Shown piece after piece: positions 8,018 through 18,629 of a stretch of DNA of 64,000 nucleotides. The position numbers and the translations under genes were made by a program. This DNA is from Candidatus Zixiibacteriota bacterium (GTDB lineage: Bacteria > RBG-13-66-14 > B26-G2 > WVWN01), in the NCBI GenBank assembly GCA_050117845.1, contig JASFLY010000001.1:64001-128000 (forward strand), read 5' to 3'. The stretch's first letter is position 1; each line of letters begins with the position of its first letter. A model generated the notes under the pieces. The model searched no databases. It was not told the origin of the DNA and was given only the letters and a program-made list of their open reading frames with translations.

Positions 8018-10525
8018 ATGGATTCGGAACTCGAAAATATACTCCCGCTGGTGGAAAAACCTGCCCGCTACCTGGGTGGCGAAACCGGCTCCTACGGCCC
8101 GCCGGCCCCCGGCGACCTGCGCTTCGTCCTATGTTTTCCGGATACTTACGAGATAGGGATGAGCCACCGGGGCCTGATGAACCTTTACGCCGCGCTCGCG
8201 GCGGCGCCGGGCGTCGCGCCCGGCCGCTGTTTCGCGCCCTGGCCCGATATGGCGGGGGAACTCCGCCGGCGGGGCCTCCCGCTCCGTGACCTCGACGGCG
8301 ACCTGCCCCTCGGCGAGGCCGACCTACTCGGCTTCTCCTTTGCTTCCCCCCTCAACTTCACGACGGCCTTGATGATGTTGGACCTGGCGGGCGTCCCCCT
8401 GCTCGCCCGGGACCGGCGTAAGGGCGATCCCATAGTCGTCGCCGGCGGCCAGGCGATGTTCAACGCCGAACCCATGGCCGACTTCCTCGACGTCGTCACT
8501 CCGGGCGAGGGCGAGGAAATCATCGTCGAACTGGCCGAGGCAACTCGGGCCGCCCAAGAGGCCGGCCTCTCGCGCGACGAGACGCTGGGCCGGCTCGGAG
8601 CGGTATCCGGGGCGTACGTCCCGGCCTGGTACGAGGTGACGTACGAAGGCGGGGAGTTCGCCGGCGTAAGTCCAAGGCCGGGCGCCCCGGAACGTGTACG
8701 CAAACGCGTAATAGCGGCTACGGAACTTATACCGAACGCGCCGGCGATGGTAGCGAACACGCCCCCGGTCCACGACCGTCTGGCCGTCGAAGTGATGCGC
8801 GGGTGTTTATGGGGATGCCGCTTCTGCCAGGCCGGCATGGTAACTAGGCCCACCCGGGAACGCGACGCCCGGGCCTGCCTCCTCGAGGCCGAATCCCTGC
8901 TGAGCGGCACCGGCGCCACCGAGCTCTCCTTCCTCGCCCTCAACGCCTGTGACTATTCCGCCCTGGACGGCCTCATAGAGAACGTCCGCGCCGCGCACCC
9001 CGGCGTCAGAGTGTCCCTGCCGGCGGCCCGCGTCACCTCCTACCGCGAGGAGATCCCCCAATCGCTCGCCGCCCGACAACGGGGCCAACAGACCTTCGCC
9101 CCCGAAACCGGCACCGACAGGTTACGAAGGGTGGTTAACAAGGGTTTTACGAATGGCGACGTCCTGGCCGCCGTCGGGGCGGCCGGCCGGGCCGGGTGCC
9201 GCAACGTCAAGTTATATTTCATGGTGGGCCTCCCGACCGAGACGGACGAGGATGCCGAGGCGATAGGCGAACTCATCGGCCAATGCCGCCGAGCCCTGCG
9301 CGAGGGCCTGGGCAAGTACGGTAATCTCTCGGCCGCCGTCTCGCCGTTCGTTCCCCAGGCCCATACGCCCTTCCAGTGGGAGGGGTTGGCGCCGCCGGAA
9401 ACCCTCCGGCGCCGGATAAGGCTGGCGCGGCAGGCGGCGCCCCGCCAGGTTAAGATAGCCGGCGAGGTCGGCACACGCGTTTTGGAAGCGTGCCTGGCCC
9501 GGGGCGACCGGCGGCTGGGCGCCGTCATCCTGGACGCGTACCGCCGGGGCGCCCACTTCGACGCGTGGCAGGACCTTTACGAGAGAGACGCGTGGGCGGG
9601 GGCGTTCGCCGCCGCCGGCCACGATATGACGGCCTACGCCGCCCGCGATTTGCGGGAGGACTTGCCGCTCCCCTGGGACCACGTCGACGCGGGCGTCAGC
9701 CACGACTTCCTCGCGGCCGAGAGGGAACGGGCACGGCACGGCGAAACGACGCCGCCCTGTGGCCGCGACCTCTGCGAACGATGCGGCGCGTGCTCGGGCG
9801 GGGTTCGCGTCGCGTTCTCGGCGTCCGAACTCCCGGCGGCCCCGGCCAAAGAAGGAGGGGCTCCGGCCGCGCCGAGAACCCGCATTCGCTTCACCTACGC
9901 CAAAACGGGCCGCTGGCGCTGGCTCTCCCACCTCGAACTTTACCGGTTGATGGCCGCGCAACTGCGGCGGGCGGCGGTGCCGCTGGCTTGGTCCGGCGGG
10001 TATTCCCCCAAACCGCGTTTGGCCCTCGCCCCGGCGCTGCCGGTCGGCGTAGCGGGCGAGGCCGAGTACGGCGACGTTTTCCTATCCGAAGCCACGGCTC
10101 CGGAGGACTTCGTAGCCGCGGCTGGCCGGGAAGGACCCTTCCCATTGGAGGCGGGGCGCGAAATCCCGTTGGGGGCGCCCGCGCTCGAGACGGTTCTATC
10201 GCGGGCGTGCTACTTAGTGGAATTCGGGCCGATGGCGCGGGCGCTGGGGCGGCGTATCGAGGAAGTGGCGGCCGAGGTTAGCCGCGTTCTGTCGGACGGA
10301 AAGTTCGTCGTCGAGACGCGCCGGGGAGCCCGGGATATCGGGCCGGAGCTGATAGTAAGGTCGTGGGACGCCGGCTCGGCGACGCTCGAGTTAGACCTCG
10401 ACGCGGCCGCGACCGGAGCGCTCTTCGACCTCGTAGCGCACTTAACGGCCGCCGATCGGCCCGGAGCCCGGACCGCCCGCGTCACACGGCCGCGAGTATA
10501 CCTGATCAGCGACGATCCCGATTAA
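8018..10525 (+). CDS. TIGR03960-type radical SAM protein fused to TIGR03936 (DUF2344) radical SAM-associated domain
   Basis: VEKPARYLGGE, FPDTYEIGMSH, RGCLWGCRFCQAG, TFAPETGTDRLR, LPWDHVDAGV; C-terminal RWLSHLE...SGGYSPKPR...ALPVG. Confidence 0.88.
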   Translation: MDSELENILPLVEKPARYLGGETGSYGPPAPGDLRFVLCFPDTYEIGMSHRGLMNLYAALAAAPGVAPGRCFAPWPDMAGELRRRGLPLRDLDGDLPLGEADLLGFSFASPLNFTTALMMLDLAGVPLLARDRRKGDPIVVAGGQAMFNAEPMADFLDVVTPGEGEEIIVELAEATRAAQEAGLSRDETLGRLGAVSGAYVPAWYEVTYEGGEFAGVSPRPGAPERVRKRVIAATELIPNAPAMVANTPPVHDRLAVEVMRGCLWGCRFCQAGMVTRPTRERDARACLLEAESLLSGTGATELSFLALNACDYSALDGLIENVRAAHPGVRVSLPAARVTSYREEIPQSLAARQRGQQTFAPETGTDRLRRVVNKGFTNGDVLAAVGAAGRAGCRNVKLYFMVGLPTETDEDAEAIGELIGQCRRALREGLGKYGNLSAAVSPFVPQAHTPFQWEGLAPPETLRRRIRLARQAAPRQVKIAGEVGTRVLEACLARGDRRLGAVILDAYRRGAHFDAWQDLYERDAWAGAFAAAGHDMTAYAARDLREDLPLPWDHVDAGVSHDFLAAERERARHGETTPPCGRDLCERCGACSGGVRVAFSASELPAAPAKEGGAPAAPRTRIRFTYAKTGRWRWLSHLELYRLMAAQLRRAAVPLAWSGGYSPKPRLALAPALPVGVAGEAEYGDVFLSEATAPEDFVAAAGREGPFPLEAGREIPLGAPALETVLSRACYLVEFGPMARALGRRIEEVAAEVSRVLSDGKFVVETRRGARDIGPELIVRSWDAGSATLELDLDAAATGALFDLVAHLTAADRPGARTARVTRPRVYLISDDPD

Positions 10526-10623
10526 CCCGATACGGCAGCTTTTCCTTTGCGTCTTGGAGAAAGTATTTGCTATAATAAGTTGGTGGAGTTTAAATGGCCC
10601 CTGGCCCTGCGAAACGCTATTCT

Positions 10624-12153
10624 ATGCAAAAAGAAATCATAGTCGATACTTCCCTGGGGGAAGTCCGTGTCGCATTGGTCGAGAACGGTAAACTCGTCGA
10701 GCTCTATTACGAGCACGAGGACGCGGACCATTACGCCGGCGATATATTTAAGGGTCGGGTTGAAGACGTGCTGCCGGGCCTCGGGTCCGCGTTCGTCGAC
10801 ATCGGCCACGAGAAACGGGGCCTCCTCCACGCTTCGGACGTGGTAGTAACCGGCATCGAGGATATCGACGAGTTATTTCTCGCCCAAAGCGGTTCCGGCG
10901 GAAGCCCCTCCCCCGGGGAAGGCCGGAACCATATTGGCGACGTACTACGGCCCGGCCAGTCGATAATAGTCCAGGTAACCAAGGAATCCATTGGGGAAAA
11001 GGGGCCGAAGTTGACCACGGCCGTCGCCCTCCCCGGCCGCTACCTGGTGCTAACCCCCTTTTCCGACCGGGTCAACATATCGTCGCGCATCGAAAACGAA
11101 GCGGAACGTACCCGCCTCCGTCAACTGGTGGAGGAGACGAGGCCGCAGGGCCACGGCTTCATCGTCCGGACCGCGGCTACCCACATCGAGCCCGACTTCA
11201 TTTTTAGGGACATGGAAGACCTCCTGGATACCTGGCGACGGGTCACGACGAAGGCCGAACGCAAACGGGCCCCCACGCTGTTATACAAGGATAAGGACCT
11301 GCTGGAGCGCATCCTCCGCGACCAATTCACCGGGGACGTGGACACTTTTATCGTCGATTCGCTCGCGACGTACGAACGCGTCACCGAACTGGCCGGGAAT
11401 TACGCGCCCCTCCTCGTTTCCCGGGTTCGGCTTTACGAGGACGAACACCACATATTCGACGCGTACGGCGTCGAGGCGGAAATCGACCGGATGTTCCGGC
11501 GGAAGATATGGCTGCGGAGCGGGGGCTATATCGTTATAGACGAGGCCGAGGCGTTGGTGGCGATCGACGTGAATACCGGCCGCTTCCTGGGCCGCGAGGA
11601 CCAGGAGGATACTATCCTCAAAACCAACCTTGAGGCCGCGGCCGAGATAGCGCGCCAGGTGAGGCTCCGCAACGTCGGCGGCATCATCATCATCGACTTC
11701 ATAGACATGACGATCCCGAGGAACAAGGAGCTGGTTCTCGAGAAACTCCGGGAACACATGTCACGCGACCGGGCCCGCAGCAAAATACTGGAGCTCTCGG
11801 AACTCGGCATGGTGGAGATGACGCGGCAACGCCAGCGCGGCAGCCTGACGTCTGCGTTGAGCCGGATGTGCCCCTATTGCCGGGGGCGGGGAACGGTCCT
11901 CGAGCTCGACGTCCTGGGGGCCAAAATTAAACGAGAACTCGCACTCAAACTGCAGGAAGCCCCGGGCGGCGAACTGACGATCGTGGTCCACCCCCGCGTG
12001 AAGAATTACCTGGATACGGCTTACGCCGAACAACTCAACCGAATCGAACTCGAATACGACGCTACCGTCCACGTCGTCACCCGGGAAGACATGCCGCTGG
12101 ACGACGTCGATTTTATCGAACCCACGCACCGGGCCGATAAACCCGTTGATTAA
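10624..12153 (+). CDS. Rne/Rng family ribonuclease (RNase G-like)
   Basis: S1 domain (GDIFKGRVEDVLPGLGSAFVDIG), DVNTG, TNLEAA, GGIIIIDFIDM, CPYCRGRG Zn-link. Confidence 0.93.
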   Translation: MQKEIIVDTSLGEVRVALVENGKLVELYYEHEDADHYAGDIFKGRVEDVLPGLGSAFVDIGHEKRGLLHASDVVVTGIEDIDELFLAQSGSGGSPSPGEGRNHIGDVLRPGQSIIVQVTKESIGEKGPKLTTAVALPGRYLVLTPFSDRVNISSRIENEAERTRLRQLVEETRPQGHGFIVRTAATHIEPDFIFRDMEDLLDTWRRVTTKAERKRAPTLLYKDKDLLERILRDQFTGDVDTFIVDSLATYERVTELAGNYAPLLVSRVRLYEDEHHIFDAYGVEAEIDRMFRRKIWLRSGGYIVIDEAEALVAIDVNTGRFLGREDQEDTILKTNLEAAAEIARQVRLRNVGGIIIIDFIDMTIPRNKELVLEKLREHMSRDRARSKILELSELGMVEMTRQRQRGSLTSALSRMCPYCRGRGTVLELDVLGAKIKRELALKLQEAPGGELTIVVHPRVKNYLDTAYAEQLNRIELEYDATVHVVTREDMPLDDVDFIEPTHRADKPVD

Positions 12154-12202
12154 TTTGTTTACGAACCATGTTATCGCGGTGAAATACAAGGAGGAATAAA
12201 CG

Positions 12203-12619
12203 TTGTCTACCGAAAATGCCGACGGGAAATCCCACGACACGAGCGTGGACCTCGACGTCCTTCGCGAACTCCGGAATATCGACCAGAGTCTCGTATCGCT
12301 TAAAGCGGCATTCGAGAAATTAAAATCTACGGGCGACTTGACCGACGAAGAGGTCGACGTAATTCTGGACGAATTCGAAAACTTTATTACGGGCAAAGGC
12401 ACCCAGCTCGATAAAGTACGCAACGACTTGCGTTCCCTGTACGAACGGTATTACGAAAAATACGCGGACCGGGCCATCGTTCCGGTCGTGGGAGGCGTGT
12501 GTCAGGGTTGCTTCGTTACTATCCCGCCCATGCGGCTCGATATAATCCGCCGCATGGATAGCATTGAATTCTGCGAGAATTGCGGCCGCATCCTTATCTG
12601 GGAAGATGACGAAGAGTAA
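12203..12619 (+). CDS. C4-type zinc ribbon protein (DUF164 / zf-RING_7 type)
   Basis: YER...AIVPV.GGVCQGC.V.IPP...FCENCGRIL. Confidence 0.8.
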   Translation: MSTENADGKSHDTSVDLDVLRELRNIDQSLVSLKAAFEKLKSTGDLTDEEVDVILDEFENFITGKGTQLDKVRNDLRSLYERYYEKYADRAIVPVVGGVCQGCFVTIPPMRLDIIRRMDSIEFCENCGRILIWEDDEE

Positions 12620-12637
12620 CGCCGCCCGCCGGCCGTT

Positions 12638-13630
12638 ATGACTTTCTCCCTCCAGGTTTACCACGACGAAGACATCTCCCCCGACCCCCTCGTCGGAGCC
12701 GCGGTGGCGATCCTGGGTTACGGCAGCCAAGGCCGGGCCCAGGCGCTGAACCTCCGCGACGAGGGTCTGGCCGTGACCGTGGGCTTGCGGCCCACGAGCA
12801 GTCGGCGCCCGCGCGCCGAGGAGGACGGTTTCGAGCCCGTCGAAGCGGGACGCGCCGTCGCCGGGGCCACGGTGGTGGTGGTACTCGTTCCGGACGAAGT
12901 ACAAGGGGAATTCTTCGCTGCCGAGGTCGCACCCGCGCTGCGGCCGGAGAGCCTCGTCGTCTTCGCCCACGGCAGTTCGGTTCACTTCGGCGACGTTACG
13001 CTCCCCGATGGGTCGGACGTCGCGCTGGTAGCGCCGATGGGGCCGGGGCGCCTGCTGCGCGAATACTACGTCGCAGGCCGAGGCCTCAACGCGAAAATCG
13101 CCGTCGCCCGCGACGCCACCGGGGAAGCCTGGCTTCGGGCGCTGGCGTACGCCCGGGCGCTCGGTTGCGGCCGGGCCGGCGTCATCGCGACTACTTTCGG
13201 CGACGAGGCCCGGCTGGATCTTTTTTCCGAACAAGCCGTGCTGTGCGGGGGCGTCCCGGCGCTGGCCGAGGCCGCCTTCCACGTGCTGACCGAGGCCGGG
13301 TATCCGCCGGCGCTGGCGTACATCGAGTGCGTTCGGGAAATTAAATACATCGCCGACCTCATGTTCGAGTACGGCGTGGACGGGATGCGGCGGCGCATCT
13401 CCTCCGCGGCTCTCTACGGCGGCGCGACACGGGGACCCCGCGTTATCGGAGATGAAACCCGCCGGGCCATAAAGGACGTGCTGGCCGCCATCGAGGACGG
13501 CTCTTTCGTCCGGGAGATGAAAAAGGACTTCGGCGGCCGGGAGGAATTCCTGGAGCGTATCCGCGACGCCGACGTCGAGACGGCCCGGGAGGAATTCGAA
13601 AGAAACATCCGACGAGAAAAAGGCGAATAG
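12638..13630 (+). CDS. ilvC: Ketol-acid reductoisomerase (class I), divergent
   Basis: GYGSQGRAQALNLRD, LVPDE, FAHG, DLFSEQAVLCGG, AYIECVRE. Confidence 0.85.
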   Translation: MTFSLQVYHDEDISPDPLVGAAVAILGYGSQGRAQALNLRDEGLAVTVGLRPTSSRRPRAEEDGFEPVEAGRAVAGATVVVVLVPDEVQGEFFAAEVAPALRPESLVVFAHGSSVHFGDVTLPDGSDVALVAPMGPGRLLREYYVAGRGLNAKIAVARDATGEAWLRALAYARALGCGRAGVIATTFGDEARLDLFSEQAVLCGGVPALAEAAFHVLTEAGYPPALAYIECVREIKYIADLMFEYGVDGMRRRISSAALYGGATRGPRVIGDETRRAIKDVLAAIEDGSFVREMKKDFGGREEFLERIRDADVETAREEFERNIRREKGE

Positions 13631-13659
13631 AAAAGCGGCCCCGAAGGGCCGCTTTTTTT
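13631..13659 (+). terminator. Bidirectional Rho-independent terminator
   Basis: AAAAGCGGCCC-CGAA-GGGCCGCTTTTTTT between convergent genes. Confidence 0.9.
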
Positions 13660-13675
13660 ATGCTTCTCGTTAACG

Positions 13676-15730
13676 CTACCTACCTACTACCATCCGGCGC
13701 GCGGCGCTCCCGCAAGAAGCGTTGAGCCAGTACAGGTAAACGCCCGGCGGCACGCGCGCCCCGACTTCGTTGACGAGGTCCCAACTGGCCTCGTGGCGGC
13801 CCGCCACCGCGGCGCCCGCGGCAACGGTCCGTATCTTCCGCCCGGACAAGTCGAAGACGGAAACGGTGTAGTCGCCGGTAACGCCCAGCGGCAGCGTGAA
13901 GGCGATATTCGCTTCGCTGTCGGCCGGGTTGGGATAACTCGGCTCGAGCGCGAAACCGTACGCCCGCTTCAACCCCGGCTGTGCGGAGGCCGGCCCGAAA
14001 AGCTCGGCCTTGCCGTCGAGCGGGATAGCTTCGAGCCAGTAGTCGTAAACGGCGGCGCTTTCCACGTTCGCGTCCTCGTACACGAAAGGCGTCCCGCCGG
14101 TAATAAGTTCGGAATTTACCCGTATGCGACCCACGTCGGTCGCGCCGCTTTCGGCCTCACGGTAGAGGTTGAAGCCGGCGTACGTGCCCGCCTCGCAACT
14201 CCAGGACAGGCGGACGCAACGGTCGAGACCCGCGGCGCGGAAGTACTCGAGGTCTATGCCGATAGAATTTTGAAGATGGGTGAGCGCGCTGCGTACGTCG
14301 ATGCGGCCGGCTCCGAAGTCGTCCTGCTTATTCTTCGTCTGGCCGGGTACCCGCTCCGCCGTCAACTCGAGCGCTTTCTCGATCTGCGCCGGGGGAAGGG
14401 TGTCCTTGTAGTCGAGCAGAAGGGCCGCGGCCCCCGCGGCGTGCGGCGTAGACATCGACGTCCCGCTCTTGGTGCAGTAGCCGTTGATGTTCCCGACGTC
14501 GCAAGATTTAACACCCGAACCGGGAGCCATGAAGTCCGGTTTAATAAGGCCCATCTCGGGCTGGTAATGATAATCGTCGTACGGCGGGATATTGAAATGA
14601 CGATCCTTATCCCAGGTGGCCGGCCCGCGGCCGCTGTAGTACGCCCGGTAATCGTTGGAGTCGGTCGCGCCGATGCCCATCGTCCCGGCGACGCCGCCCT
14701 TTAACGCCTGGGCGGGATTCAACCACGGGGGAGGGCAGTTGCCGGGGGCGGCGATATTAAAAGGTATGGGGTAACCCGATTCGGTCTCGTGGCCGTTGTT
14801 CCCGATGGAATTGGTGTGGACGACGCCGGCGGCGAGGATGCCCTCGCTGGCTTCCCGGTGCAGGGCGTATGCCGGGTTGTTCGGGATTTTCCGGGACCAG
14901 GATTGGGTAATGACGTCCGCGCCATTCGTAATCGCCCACTGCCACGCTTCAAACCAACAGGATTCCCAACTGCCGAGTTTGGCTATCATGATAGTGGCTT
15001 CGGGCGCGACGCCGCATTGGGAACCGGCGGTACCGTCGCTCGCTACGGTGCCGGCGACGTGGGTCCCGTGGCCGTCGTAATCCATAGTATCGTTGGGGTC
15101 GCCGCCGGAGAAATTGCGGCCGTGGTTGGGGTAAGAACCGTTGACCCACATATGATCGGCGAGGTCGACGTGGTTGTAGTTAACGCCACTGTCGCACACG
15201 CATACGATTATACCGTCGCCGTCGAAACCCGCGTTCCAAACCTGGGGCGCCCGGATCTTCTCAACGCCCCATACGATCTCGTCCTGGGGGCCGTCGACGA
15301 CATCCTTAAGCTGTTCGAGGGGAACGTCCTCGTCCCAATCGACGAAAGCCACTCCGGGCAACGCCGAAACGTGTTCAATCGTTTCCCGGTCGCCGTACGC
15401 CGATACGACGTTAACGAGCCAAAGCGACTTGACTTCAGACGCGCAACCCAGCGCGGCGCGTTCGTTTAAATAATCGAGAACGTCGCGTTGGGTACGCTCG
15501 GCGACGCGCGAGAGCTCCCGCTCAACGACGATACGACGCTGGTCGCGGGTCAGGCCGTCGGTGAGGGCGTAAAGCTCATCGGCCGGCATCCGATCCTCCA
15601 TGCTAATGAGGATCCGTACTTGCTCGTCGGCGGGGATTTCTTCGAGGTGGGCCGAAAGCTCCGGCGTAACCCGAGGCGCCGCGTACGCGACGGCGGCGAC
15701 AAACAAAACCAGTAGCAACAAACGTTTCAT
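13676..15730 (-). CDS. Secreted S8 (subtilisin-like) serine peptidase with C-terminal T9SS/FlgD Ig-like domain
   Basis: Signal peptide; catalytic D (CDSG), H (GHGTHVAG), S (GTSMSTPH); C-terminal SYPNP...VFDLSGRKIRT...WD...PGVYLY. Confidence 0.9.
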   Translation of the reverse strand: MKRLLLLVLFVAAVAYAAPRVTPELSAHLEEIPADEQVRILISMEDRMPADELYALTDGLTRDQRRIVVERELSRVAERTQRDVLDYLNERAALGCASEVKSLWLVNVVSAYGDRETIEHVSALPGVAFVDWDEDVPLEQLKDVVDGPQDEIVWGVEKIRAPQVWNAGFDGDGIIVCVCDSGVNYNHVDLADHMWVNGSYPNHGRNFSGGDPNDTMDYDGHGTHVAGTVASDGTAGSQCGVAPEATIMIAKLGSWESCWFEAWQWAITNGADVITQSWSRKIPNNPAYALHREASEGILAAGVVHTNSIGNNGHETESGYPIPFNIAAPGNCPPPWLNPAQALKGGVAGTMGIGATDSNDYRAYYSGRGPATWDKDRHFNIPPYDDYHYQPEMGLIKPDFMAPGSGVKSCDVGNINGYCTKSGTSMSTPHAAGAAALLLDYKDTLPPAQIEKALELTAERVPGQTKNKQDDFGAGRIDVRSALTHLQNSIGIDLEYFRAAGLDRCVRLSWSCEAGTYAGFNLYREAESGATDVGRIRVNSELITGGTPFVYEDANVESAAVYDYWLEAIPLDGKAELFGPASAQPGLKRAYGFALEPSYPNPADSEANIAFTLPLGVTGDYTVSVFDLSGRKIRTVAAGAAVAGRHEASWDLVNEVGARVPPGVYLYWLNASCGSAARRMVVGR

Positions 15731-15803
15731 ATCCGTACTCCTCTACAACGGCCCGCCGGGGTCGCGACGAGCGGGGAAAAATGGCGCGAAAATGTTTAAC
15801 GTA

Positions 15804-15833
15804 ATTATAACCCGATATTGGTTATCAAGTCAA
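15804..15833 (-). promoter_or_regulatory. sigma70-type promoter for the S8 peptidase
   Basis: Minus strand TTGACT-18 nt-TATAAT. Confidence 0.55.
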
Positions 15834-15904
15834 GCGTCCAACTTTGAACGAGACCGGCCGAACGGCGGCGGGCGAACGGCCCCGTACGGATTTTACTATC
15901 TCCC

Positions 15905-15933
15905 TTGACAGTCGCCTTGATATACCCTATTAT
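15905..15933 (+). promoter_or_regulatory. sigma70-type promoter for the moxR-M23-bactofilin operon
   Basis: TTGACA-17 nt-TATTAT. Confidence 0.75.
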
Positions 15934-15968
15934 ACGTATCTTATTTCCGTTAACCGGGATTTATTGTT

Positions 15969-16952
<984 letters not shown>

Positions 16953-16958
16953 GTTATT

Positions 16959-17948
16959 ATGGCAAAACGGAGACATATAAATTTCGTCGTCGCGCCGGAA
17001 GACCGATCCGGGACCTTGACGTTTCGTATGCAACTCGGCCACTTCTACGCCCTCGTTATTTTCGCGTCGGTCCTGTTTATGCTCGTCGTCGGCCTCGTCG
17101 TCAACCAGGCCATGGACGAAGCCAAACTCGGCGAACTCGAATTACTCCGGCGGCAGAACGGCCAACTTAAGGAAAAAGTTGAGCGCATCGCGGCACTCGA
17201 AAAGAAACTCGCCGAACTCGAGGTTATCGAGGATAAATTAATGGTCATGGCGGGCGAACGAGAAGCGACGCGCGAACTCGCTCCCGTTTCGGTGGAAGGC
17301 GACGACGCGGCCGTAACGCTGATATCGGTAGCCGAAGGCATCCAGGAGTTCCGCGCATTGGCCGCGGAGCGCCGTGGTATAACGCTCAAAGCGCCTGACG
17401 GAAACCCGGTCACTAAAGGTTGGACCACCCGGGGATTCGGCGACAACGCCGGCCTGGAGGGCCACTCCTTCCACAACGGTTTCGACATCGCCTGCCCGGA
17501 GGGAACGCCGGTCTCGGTAACGGCCCCCGGCGTCGTAACGTTCGCCGGAGACGACCCCACGTACGGCAAACTCGTTATCGTCCAACACGGCCTGACCGGC
17601 TATAGCACCTTCTACGGCCATAACAGTAAAATAAAAATAAAAGTAGGTACGGAAGTAGCGCGGGGCGACGTTATCGCCTATACCGGCAATACCGGCAAGA
17701 GCACCGCTCCCCACCTCCATTATGAAGTTCGCCTACACGGCATCCCGGTTAATCCGGCGAAATACATGACGCCGGCGGAGAAGGGCGTGGAGGAGGAGTT
17801 GCCGCCGGTCCCGGTAGAAGAAGAGAAACCAGAGCCGCAAACGGAAGAAGAAGGCTCGAGCGACGAACGTGAGGGCGGCATACCTACGAGCGGGGAAAAA
17901 CCGGAGGCCGAAACTCCTCCGGCTACGACGCCGCCCGAATCGGAATAA
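16959..17948 (+). CDS. M23 family metallopeptidase (N-terminal TM and coiled coil)
   Basis: HNGFD (HxxxD), YGH, GNTGKSTAPHLHYEV (HxH). Confidence 0.92.
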   Translation: MAKRRHINFVVAPEDRSGTLTFRMQLGHFYALVIFASVLFMLVVGLVVNQAMDEAKLGELELLRRQNGQLKEKVERIAALEKKLAELEVIEDKLMVMAGEREATRELAPVSVEGDDAAVTLISVAEGIQEFRALAAERRGITLKAPDGNPVTKGWTTRGFGDNAGLEGHSFHNGFDIACPEGTPVSVTAPGVVTFAGDDPTYGKLVIVQHGLTGYSTFYGHNSKIKIKVGTEVARGDVIAYTGNTGKSTAPHLHYEVRLHGIPVNPAKYMTPAEKGVEEELPPVPVEEEKPEPQTEEEGSSDEREGGIPTSGEKPEAETPPATTPPESE

Positions 17949-18013
17949 GGACGCCACAGGCCCAATTAAATAATTCGGCCAATTAGTTCTTTTGGGAAAG
18001 GAGCCGAAAACGT

Positions 18014-18520
18014 ATGTTCGGAAAAGACGCAGGTTCCGGAGACAGCAAACTCAACTCCATCGTCGGCAGAGGCTCGCAATGCGAAGGCGAGATCGTCGTG
18101 GCCGGGGGCCTTAAAATCGACGGAAAGTTTAAAGGCAAAATAAAAGCGGATTCGGTTTTCGTGGGGAAAGAAGCCGTAATCGAAGCGACGGTCGAGACTA
18201 ACGTCGCCGTCATCGGGGGCAAAATATTCGGAGACGTAGTGGCCCGTGAGAGCCTCGAGCTCCAACCCAAGGCTGAACTTATCGGGAACGTCCACACGAA
18301 AAACCTTATCGTGGGCGAATCGGCCGTACTCGACGGTTACTGCGACATGGGCCAGAAAAACCGGCACCCCAAAGGGGCGCCCGACGCCGCCAAGGGAGCG
18401 GAAGCGGGTAAAGCGACCGGCGGCGGGCACGGTACGGACGGACGTCCCGCGCCGGGCGGGGACTCCAAAGCGGGCGGCGGCCAACCTTCGCGGCCCGACC
18501 AATCCCGGCCCAATCGATAG
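18014..18520 (+). CDS. Bactofilin (polymer-forming cytoskeletal protein)
   Basis: SIVGRGSQCEGEI...LKIDGKFKG...IGGKIFGDV...L.VGESAVLDGYC beta-helix repeats. Confidence 0.9.
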   Translation: MFGKDAGSGDSKLNSIVGRGSQCEGEIVVAGGLKIDGKFKGKIKADSVFVGKEAVIEATVETNVAVIGGKIFGDVVARESLELQPKAELIGNVHTKNLIVGESAVLDGYCDMGQKNRHPKGAPDAAKGAEAGKATGGGHGTDGRPAPGGDSKAGGGQPSRPDQSRPNR

Positions 18521-18558
18521 CGCGACGCGGCCTCGGGATCCGACTATATAAAACGAAA

Positions 18559-18583
18559 GCCGGCCCCCACTCGGGGGGCCGGC
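18559..18583. terminator. GC-rich hairpin between convergent genes (probable terminator)
   Basis: GCCGGCCCCC-loop-GGGGGCCGGC. Confidence 0.6.
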
Positions 18584-18629
18584 ATATTATTTCCGGGGGA
18601 CTAATTAAATATAGCCCCGTATTCCGCCG

